This document shows, in pieces, positions 57,837 through 64,000 of a stretch of 64,000 bases of DNA; positions within the stretch are counted from its first letter, which is position 1, and every line of letters begins with the position of its first letter. The stretch spans positions 37,364 through 101,363 of the forward strand of contig DYKN01000004.1 in assembly GCA_020722575.1 (NCBI GenBank), written 5' to 3'. The DNA is from Rikenella microfusus. GTDB taxonomy: Bacteria; Bacteroidota; Bacteroidia; Bacteroidales; VadinHA17. The notes under the pieces were generated by a model. That model was given only the letters and a program-made list of their open reading frames with translations. It was not told the DNA's origin and searched no databases. The position numbers and the translations under genes are program-made.

Positions 57837-58184
57837 ATGCCCAAATTATCTGTTAGGGCTATTATAGGACTGAAGTTTATAGGGTTAGCCGTTAAGAGAG
57901 GGTTGTTGACAGCAGCTTCTCTTTATCTGATGGGAAATCTCACGGCGTGTTCGGATGCTGACACCTCATTGTCTCCGCCGCAGATAAACAGGGACTTACT
58001 GGCGAAAGTTATTGCTCGTGCTCTATCGAAAGGTGGTGATTATGCCGATGTTTAAATTGAAAAACACATCTCAAGACAGGTTATTATGGAAGAATCGAAA
58101 TTCAAGAATGGTCTTTATGGAGTTAGTCAAGGGGCTGGTGCAAGGGTTATTTCAGGTAATAATAACCGGGTAAGGTTAAAATAA
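57837..58184 (+). pseudogene. tldD: Remnant of a tldD-like metalloprotease gene (N-terminal ~115 codons, in-frame TAA, truncated)
   Basis: Translation LLAKVIARALSKGGDYADV*IEKHISRQVIMEESKFKNGLYGVSQGAGARVISGNN aligns by eye with the E. coli TldD N-terminus (..[45 protein letters not shown]). The stop at 58053-58055 sits where TldD has Tyr. Similarity ends near 58160, and TldD proteins are about 480 aa. Confidence 0.65.
58160..58179. repeat. Copy 3 of the CCGGG-centred repeat (TAATAACCGGGTAAGGTTAA)
   Basis: It starts exactly where similarity of the tldD remnant to TldD ends (..ARVISGNN|NRVRLK*). Confidence 0.7.
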
Positions 58185-58196
58185 TAATGTTTTCTG

Positions 58197-58394
58197 TTAT
58201 CTAATGATCCAGAATATTTTGTTCTGGGTTCCAGCGAAATACTCTATTTTGCCGAAAAGATTTGCTTTTCTGGAAAGGTGAGAAACAGAGTAGCCTTTCT
58301 CCAGAAGTATTGAGGAGAGATGACGACCCACAAATCCACTTCCTCCTGTAATCAGGACTGAACCTTTACTGTCTGCTGGGTGATTATATATCAT
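58197..58394 (-). pseudogene. Truncated N-terminal fragment of an NAD-dependent epimerase (TIGR01777/YfcH-like)
   Basis: A 65-aa ORF carries the Rossmann start VLITGGSGFVGRHLSSILLEKGYSVSHLSRK. Full-length family members are about 300 aa. Similarity is lost after about 50 residues. Confidence 0.55.
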
Positions 58395-58458
58395 AATTCT
58401 CGAATATTGATTTAAAATATGTTAACAAAACCAAATAATTTATTACTGGTTATCAAAC

Positions 58459-58466
58459 TATATTTG
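58459..58466 (+). promoter_or_regulatory. Candidate -7 box (TATATTTG) for pfp
   Basis: Matches TAnnTTTG, 65 nt upstream of the ATG at 58531. Confidence 0.35.
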
Positions 58467-58530
58467 CAATAAAATGAAAATGTTTTACTTTAGCGGTCTG
58501 AAAAAACAATAACATAAAAATTATAAAATT

Positions 58531-59736
58531 ATGGTAAATATCAAAACAAAAAAAGGAGTAATTGCAATTCTTACAGGAGGAGGAGATGTTCCCGGGCTTA
58601 ATCCGGCAATCAGAGCGATAACCATCAGGGCAAACAGGGAAGGATATAAGGTAATTGGCCTGAGGCGAGGTTGGGCTGGAATAACTGAGATAATAAGGGA
58701 TCCCAAAGCTGATAACAGTAACAATTTCCAGATTCTAACGAATGAGATTGTTAATAAGGCAGGGCGTACAGGAGGAACTTTCTTGCATACTTCAAGAACA
58801 CGACCCAGCCATATGTCTAAAAACGATGTTCCCGAACATCTTAGAAGTGAATATAATGCCGATATGAATGACCTTACACCAGAAGTGCTGAAAAACCTAG
58901 AATGGCTGGGGGTTGATTATCTTATTCCGATAGGTGGTGACGATACATTGAGTTATGGTGTTCATCTATACACAAAAGGCGTTAAGGTGATTGCCATTCC
59001 CAAAACCATGGATAATGATGTACCCGGTACCGATTATTGCATAGGATTCAGTACATGCGTAACCAGGACAATTCATCTTACAAATTATTTGAGGACATCA
59101 GCTGGTTCACACGAGAGAATTCTTGTAATTGAAGTATTTGGGCGTTATGCGGGCTTTACCTCCATTCTTCCCACTATGGCAGGTGCCGCCAACAGATGTG
59201 TTATTCCTGAATATAAATTTGATATAGAGCACCTTACAAAACTTCTGGTGGATGATAGGAATGCTAACCCGAGCAAATATTCGATAGTTCTGGTTTCGGA
59301 AGGTGCTATGTATAAGGGAGGTGAGATGGTTTTTGCAAACCAGGAAAAAGATGCTTACGGGCATGCAAAACTTGGAGGTATCGGAGATCTTGTATCAGCA
59401 AAAATAAAAGAACTGACACCAAAATTCAACAACGGCAAAACAATTAACATTATTAATCAAAAGCTTGGTTACCTCGTTCGTTCGGGTGATCCTGATGCTG
59501 TGGATTCAATTGTTCCAATGGCATTCGGAAACCTTGCACTTGATCTTATTCTAAAAGGAATTCACGGCAGGCTTATTGTGCTAAGAAACGGGAGATATGA
59601 CAATGCCCCAATTGATATTGTTACTTCCCAGAAGAAATTTGTAAATGTTGAAGAATATTACAACACCGAAAGATTAAGGCCTCATTATCATAGTTTTGAG
59701 ATGAAGCCGTTCTTCTTAATGGCTGCGGAAGGTTAA
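58531..59736 (+). CDS. pfp: Pyrophosphate-dependent 6-phosphofructokinase
   Basis: GGGDVPGLNPAIR, GGDDTLSYG (Asp at the E. coli G104 position), PKTMDNDV (Lys at the G124 position) and FGRYAGF. The Asp/Lys pair is the established PPi-PFK signature. Confidence 0.85.
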   Translation: MVNIKTKKGVIAILTGGGDVPGLNPAIRAITIRANREGYKVIGLRRGWAGITEIIRDPKADNSNNFQILTNEIVNKAGRTGGTFLHTSRTRPSHMSKNDVPEHLRSEYNADMNDLTPEVLKNLEWLGVDYLIPIGGDDTLSYGVHLYTKGVKVIAIPKTMDNDVPGTDYCIGFSTCVTRTIHLTNYLRTSAGSHERILVIEVFGRYAGFTSILPTMAGAANRCVIPEYKFDIEHLTKLLVDDRNANPSKYSIVLVSEGAMYKGGEMVFANQEKDAYGHAKLGGIGDLVSAKIKELTPKFNNGKTINIINQKLGYLVRSGDPDAVDSIVPMAFGNLALDLILKGIHGRLIVLRNGRYDNAPIDIVTSQKKFVNVEEYYNTERLRPHYHSFEMKPFFLMAAEG

Positions 59737-59754
59737 AAATATACCTGAAAACAG

Positions 59755-59786
59755 AGGGGCCTCTAAATGGGGCCCCTTTTATCTTT
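59755..59786 (+). terminator. Intrinsic terminator after pfp
   Basis: A GC-rich 7-bp stem AGGGGCC / GGCCCCT (59755-59761 pairing with 59771-59777) with a 9-nt loop, followed by TTTTATCTTT. It lies 19 nt after the pfp stop. Confidence 0.7.
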
Positions 59787-59872
59787 ATTACCTAATAAAG
59801 TAGTTTCCAATAAAATGAGAATAACAGGTTAATGTTAATTATGTAACTTTTAATTACTTTTACATTAAAACT

Positions 59873-60805
59873 TTGAAGTTGAAAACAGGTCTGGTTATTA
59901 AATCAACGGGCAGTCGTTACATTGTCTTGGGTGATGATGGTTCTAAGGTTGAATGTACTATTAAAGGGACTTTCAGAATAAAAGACGTTGAGACAACAAA
60001 TCCGGTTGCAGTGGGTGATAGGGTCAGATATATAGAAAATCAAAGCAAAGAAACGGGTGTTATTACTGCAATTGAAGAAAGAAAAAACTATATAATCAGA
60101 AGAGCTTCAAACCTGTCAAAGAAATATCATATTATTGCAGCCAATATTGATCAGAGTTTCTTGATGGTGACACTTAGAATGCCCAAAACTTTTGTAGAGT
60201 TTATTGACCGTTTCCTTGTCACTTCAGAAGCTTATCGAATCAAATGTTCACTAATTTTCAACAAGATTGATTTATATGATGATACCGAATACAATAAAAT
60301 GAAATACCTGATAAATCTTTATTCCGGGATAGGGTATGATTGCTTCAGTATTTCAGTAAAAAATAATGAAAATATTGAACCATTGAAAAATGCTCTCGCA
60401 GGTAAGATAAGTTTGCTTTCAGGAAACTCCGGGGTAGGTAAAAGCTCTCTGCTTAATCTGCTTAATCCTTCACTTAACTTGAAGACTGACGAGATATCAT
60501 TATACCATGAACAGGGTAAACATGTAACAACTTTCCCGGAAATGCATCCAATGCCTTTTGGAGGTTTTGTGATTGATACTCCAGGCATAAAAGGGTTTGG
60601 AATAATAGATATGGAAAGAAACGAGATTTATCACTTTTTTCCAGAAATATTTAGGAAATCGAGAGAGTGCAGATTTTATAATTGCCTTCATGTTAATGAG
60701 CCTGGTTGTGCAGTAAGACCTGCGGTTGAAAATGGAGAAATAGATCCAGTTCGTTATCGAAGTTATCTGAATATACTTGAAGATGAAAATAGAAAATATC
60801 GATAA
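59873..60805 (+). CDS. rsgA: Ribosome small subunit-dependent GTPase A
   Basis: TTG start. OB-fold N-terminus, permuted GTPase with P-loop GNSGVGKSSLLN and the zinc knuckle CRFYNCLHVNEPGCAV. Confidence 0.9.
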   Translation: MKLKTGLVIKSTGSRYIVLGDDGSKVECTIKGTFRIKDVETTNPVAVGDRVRYIENQSKETGVITAIEERKNYIIRRASNLSKKYHIIAANIDQSFLMVTLRMPKTFVEFIDRFLVTSEAYRIKCSLIFNKIDLYDDTEYNKMKYLINLYSGIGYDCFSISVKNNENIEPLKNALAGKISLLSGNSGVGKSSLLNLLNPSLNLKTDEISLYHEQGKHVTTFPEMHPMPFGGFVIDTPGIKGFGIIDMERNEIYHFFPEIFRKSRECRFYNCLHVNEPGCAVRPAVENGEIDPVRYRSYLNILEDENRKYR

Positions 60806-60855
60806 TAAAAAGCTTCGAAAATTAATTTATCTTTATAAAAGAAAACTCGGGTGAT

Positions 60856-63690
60856 ATGAGTAAAATGAAAAAAATACTTTTGATTGCCCAAATTATAGTA
60901 GTTTGTGTTCTTCTTATTAATTTTTTCTATTACAGAAATTTATACCAGAAACAGGTAAATTACGCAATTGAATTACTTGACCGGCAGGTAAGAATTGTAG
61001 GATTGGAGGTTGACAGTATAAATTATGCTTTCGGAAGCGACCTTGAACAGATAATATTTCCAAGCGATTCTTACAGATTCTTCGACAAATCGAGGCCTGA
61101 TGTCAAGATCAGGATTATAGAACAGTTAAAACTTTTTTATTCCAAATACCGCGATTTTGTAACTAAAATAATACTTTATAATGATACTCTAAATGAATAT
61201 GTTTTATCAAAAGACGATTCAAAGAATGAATGGATTGAAGGTGAATTTATTTTATTTGATCAGATACCAGTAGAGCCACAATCTGTTCTTAAAAGAAACG
61301 GGAATGAATTCAATTATCATGTTGTTATCTTCAGGGAAGGTCAGCCTTGTGGTAATATAGCTGTAACAATAGATTATCAGAAATGTTTTGGCCGACTCTT
61401 TTCAAAATACAACCTTAAAAATTATCAATGGCAATGGGTTATTACAGAGAATGGAGAAATAATTTACGACAATTATGAAAAACCGTTAAATTATTCGAAA
61501 ACTGATAATATAATTTCTTCGATTAAGGAAGGCCTGGTATCAAATATAAGACACTCAGCGTCGGATGGCGGAAGAAGTATAAGTTTGTTTTCATCTTTTT
61601 ATTCAACTCAGTTGCTATACAGGGATCTAGGTATTGTATTTTCGACACCTGTTGATTTTTTCCAGAAATATATTGTACGCAATTCAGTTTTTATTGTTAC
61701 TGTGACAATTTTGCTGGTTCAATTAATTATATTCTTATTCTTGCGTTTTTTATCAAAGCAAAAAACAAGAATAAGGGGACTTGAAAATTCTGAAGAGACA
61801 CTCAAAAGGCTTATTGAAGAGATGCCGGCAGGAGTAATAATTTATAACAAAAAAAGGGAAATACTAAAAGCTAACAAAGTAGCTGCAAGTTATTTTGCTT
61901 ATATGGGTGAAAATGATATGACCGGCAAAATTTTCCCGGAATTTACATTTAATGGTGAAACAGATTATTTTTCAAACTACTTTGGAACATCCTTCAATCC
62001 GGAACAATTTATTATTATTAAGAAACCTATTGGTGAACAGGTGATCTACCGTAGCAGCATTCCGGTAGTATATGGTAATGAGGATGCTACACTTGAGATA
62101 CTTATAGATGTTACAATCCTGGAATCAGCAAGGCAGCAGGAAGTCAGGGCTAATGTTGCCAAAACTGAATTTCTTGCTCGAATGAGTTACGAGATCAGGA
62201 CACCTCTGAATGGTATTATAGGAATGACTGATATTCTTAACAGATACGATCTCTCTCCGGAATTAAAGGATATTGTTTACTTGCTCAGAAGATCAACCGA
62301 GGTATTGCTTGGAATTGTAAACGATATACTGGATTTTTCGAAAATTGAATCAGGTAAAATGATTCTTGAAGAACTTCCATTTAATGTCAGAGAGGAGATA
62401 TATTACGCGATTGATCTGACGAAACCAGGTGCAATAGAAAATAATAATTTAATTACCTGTGAAATTGAGGAAGAAGTGCCGGAAACTGTTATCGGAGATC
62501 CATACCGTCTCAGGCAGGTTATTGTGAATCTTATCAATCATTCAAATTCAAATACACATGATGGTCAGATAGTTATAAAATGCAAAAAAATTTTCGAAAA
62601 AGAAGGATTAATAACTCTTGGTTTTGAAATTGTTGATACCGGCAGGGCTTTTGAAAAAGCTGAATTGAAAAAAATCTTTGGTGATATTGTACGAATTGAA
62701 TCAGTTCTTCCCAGAATGAACAATGAGTCAATTTTTACAACGTTAATAGCCCGACAATTAATTGAACTAATGGGTGGTACCCTTAATGCCGAAAGCCCAT
62801 CAGGAATAGCAGGCCCTAACGGAACAAGAATAGTTTTTAGCATTAATGTATATTCAAATATCAGAATTCAGAAAAACATTCCTTCTCCCGGTATTAAAAC
62901 TGTAAGTCAGATAAAAACGCTTGTAATAAGCGGACCACAGGGCAGAGATGAAGAGATTGTTTCATTGTTACATAAAGCTGGGCTTCATTTTTCCATAACT
63001 TCATTTACAAAATTAACCATTAAACAATTGCAGATGAACCAGGAGCAGGAAGATGGGAAATATAATTTACTTTTTATACTTGATGACAATCATTTTGACG
63101 GGTTCGAAGCTGCAAGAATCATTTCGGAAAACAAATTAAATCTTTATTACAGAATGATTCTTATTAGTTCTAATGACAGAAAAGGGAACTATCTGAAATG
63201 CATTACTTATGGAGTGGACTATTATTTTGTTAAACCTTTTGATCCCATTGATTTAAGACATATATTAACAGATATGTTCGAAATTGAAAATGATGAAATT
63301 TTCGAAACAATTGAAGAAGGTAAAATCAGGGAACTTAATATTTTAATAGTCGAAGACAACAAAATGAATCGCAGGATACTTGTTAAGATGCTTGAAAATT
63401 TAGGATTTAAATGTGACGAGGCAGAGGAAGGGCATCAGGCATTTTTAAAGGTTATGGATAAGAAATATGATCTTGTACTGATGGATCTTATTATGCCTGA
63501 GATGGACGGATATGAATCGGCAAGAAGAATTCTTGATATGTGGCCTGAAACTGTAATAGTGGCAACAACAGCCGACAATATGCCTGAGACCAGAAAGAAA
63601 GCAGAACTCTCGGGTATAAAAGAATTTATCTCAAAACCGGTGAGGGCAGAAGACCTTAAACATTTGTTTATGAAATATTTTGGCATATAA
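60856..63690 (+). CDS. Hybrid sensor histidine-kinase-like protein with degenerate kinase core and intact C-terminal receiver
   Basis: 944 aa. The order is TM1, an extracytoplasmic domain of about 250 aa, TM2 (VFIVTVTILLVQLIIFLFL), a PAS-like region, a HisKA-like helix FLARMSYEIRTPLNG (Tyr in place of His), an HATPase_c-like domain with eroded N/G1/G2 boxes, a degenerate receiver-like module and a canonical receiver (ILIVEDN, LMDLIMPEMDG, ATTAD, SKPV). Confidence 0.8.
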   Translation: MSKMKKILLIAQIIVVCVLLINFFYYRNLYQKQVNYAIELLDRQVRIVGLEVDSINYAFGSDLEQIIFPSDSYRFFDKSRPDVKIRIIEQLKLFYSKYRDFVTKIILYNDTLNEYVLSKDDSKNEWIEGEFILFDQIPVEPQSVLKRNGNEFNYHVVIFREGQPCGNIAVTIDYQKCFGRLFSKYNLKNYQWQWVITENGEIIYDNYEKPLNYSKTDNIISSIKEGLVSNIRHSASDGGRSISLFSSFYSTQLLYRDLGIVFSTPVDFFQKYIVRNSVFIVTVTILLVQLIIFLFLRFLSKQKTRIRGLENSEETLKRLIEEMPAGVIIYNKKREILKANKVAASYFAYMGENDMTGKIFPEFTFNGETDYFSNYFGTSFNPEQFIIIKKPIGEQVIYRSSIPVVYGNEDATLEILIDVTILESARQQEVRANVAKTEFLARMSYEIRTPLNGIIGMTDILNRYDLSPELKDIVYLLRRSTEVLLGIVNDILDFSKIESGKMILEELPFNVREEIYYAIDLTKPGAIENNNLITCEIEEEVPETVIGDPYRLRQVIVNLINHSNSNTHDGQIVIKCKKIFEKEGLITLGFEIVDTGRAFEKAELKKIFGDIVRIESVLPRMNNESIFTTLIARQLIELMGGTLNAESPSGIAGPNGTRIVFSINVYSNIRIQKNIPSPGIKTVSQIKTLVISGPQGRDEEIVSLLHKAGLHFSITSFTKLTIKQLQMNQEQEDGKYNLLFILDDNHFDGFEAARIISENKLNLYYRMILISSNDRKGNYLKCITYGVDYYFVKPFDPIDLRHILTDMFEIENDEIFETIEEGKIRELNILIVEDNKMNRRILVKMLENLGFKCDEAEEGHQAFLKVMDKKYDLVLMDLIMPEMDGYESARRILDMWPETVIVATTADNMPETRKKAELSGIKEFISKPVRAEDLKHLFMKYFGI

Positions 63691-63746
63691 TCGTCGGGAA
63701 TTGCTGAACAACTTATGAAAGTTCAATACCGGATATGATACAGGTT

Positions 63747-64000
63747 TTATACTTTGTCCCACCTATAAACTTTGTCGGACTTTCGAAGGCGGACATCTAT
63801 TTTTATGGAACAGAATGTTCCTTTGAGGGCTTTTTGAGTTACTTTAAAATCTTCACCACGGATTTCACCCACAGAATATTCAATTGCACCTGTAGTTGGT
63901 CCTGTTATCAGAATTTTATCACCTGATGAAATGTCTCCGTTTTCCAGCTTGATCTCAGCAACTCCTATCCGGGAATAAAAGTTTGTAATTTTTCCAAGAT
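63747..64000 (-). CDS. C-terminal end of a protein that begins beyond the window, possibly a peptidase U32 family C-terminal domain
   Basis: Absent from the ORF track. My translation of the minus strand reads ...KITNFYSRIGVAEIKLENGDISSGDKILITGPTTGAIEYSVGEIRGEDFKVTQKALKGTFCSIKIDVRLRKSDKVYRWDKV*, with the stop at complement 63747-63749. The U32 assignment is from memory of the C-terminal beta-barrel and is weak. Confidence 0.35.
   Translation of the reverse strand, partial: LGKITNFYSRIGVAEIKLENGDISSGDKILITGPTTGAIEYSVGEIRGEDFKVTQKALKGTFCSIKIDVRLRKSDKVYRWDKV

Noticed and set aside
1-64000. Search for CRISPR arrays, rRNA/tRNA genes, IS elements, integrases, phage or toxin-antitoxin/defence modules
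   Set aside because: I saw no regularly spaced direct repeats, no tRNA-like T-arm (GGTTCGAAT-type) strings, no rRNA-like segments and no transposase, integrase or phage-like ORFs. Every ORF over 100 aa not already explained as a shadow frame has a housekeeping or envelope-type assignment.

Overview
Low-GC chromosomal segment (roughly 25-45% GC row to row, estimated by eye). It has the hallmarks of a Bacteroidota core genome: TAnnTTTG -7 promoter boxes, many lipoprotein and Tat signals, and the flippase-dut-TPR-DUF4292-M23 and DUF4271-hemD-rnpA neighbourhoods. I call 58 apparently intact protein genes, two of which run off the window edges and are missing from the ORF track. I also call two gene remnants, a few short repeats, one good intrinsic terminator and a set of candidate -7 boxes. 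I saw no rRNA, tRNA, CRISPR array, transposase, integrase or phage gene. Content is mostly housekeeping: DNA repair (nfo, ruvB, uvrC, polA), translation and RNA maturation (pheS, ybeY, mnmG, rnpA, rsgA, dtd), cofactor and nucleotide metabolism (nadA, purF-like, queD, dut, ade, deoC, rpiB), glycolysis (two PFK paralogs) and envelope functions. I did not find a convincing multi-gene novel system such as a defence island or a toxin/immunity module. The leads I rate highest are these. (1) A hybrid sensor kinase has Tyr in place of the phospho-accepting His and eroded ATP-binding boxes, but keeps an intact C-terminal receiver (a DivL-like pseudokinase). (2) A two-gene operon pairs a Tat-signal aldo/keto reductase with a secreted SMP-30/gluconolactonase, suggesting a periplasmic nicotinamide-dependent sugar oxidation module. 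(3) A local decay scar holds a tldD remnant with an in-frame stop abutting a truncated epimerase gene. (4) Copies of a CCGGG-centred 20-nt repeat cluster around that scar. (5) A PurF-like amidotransferase lacks the N-terminal Cys nucleophile. (6) A perfect 24-bp palindrome lies between mnmG and ade. All family assignments rest on motifs I recognise in the supplied translations, not on database searches.
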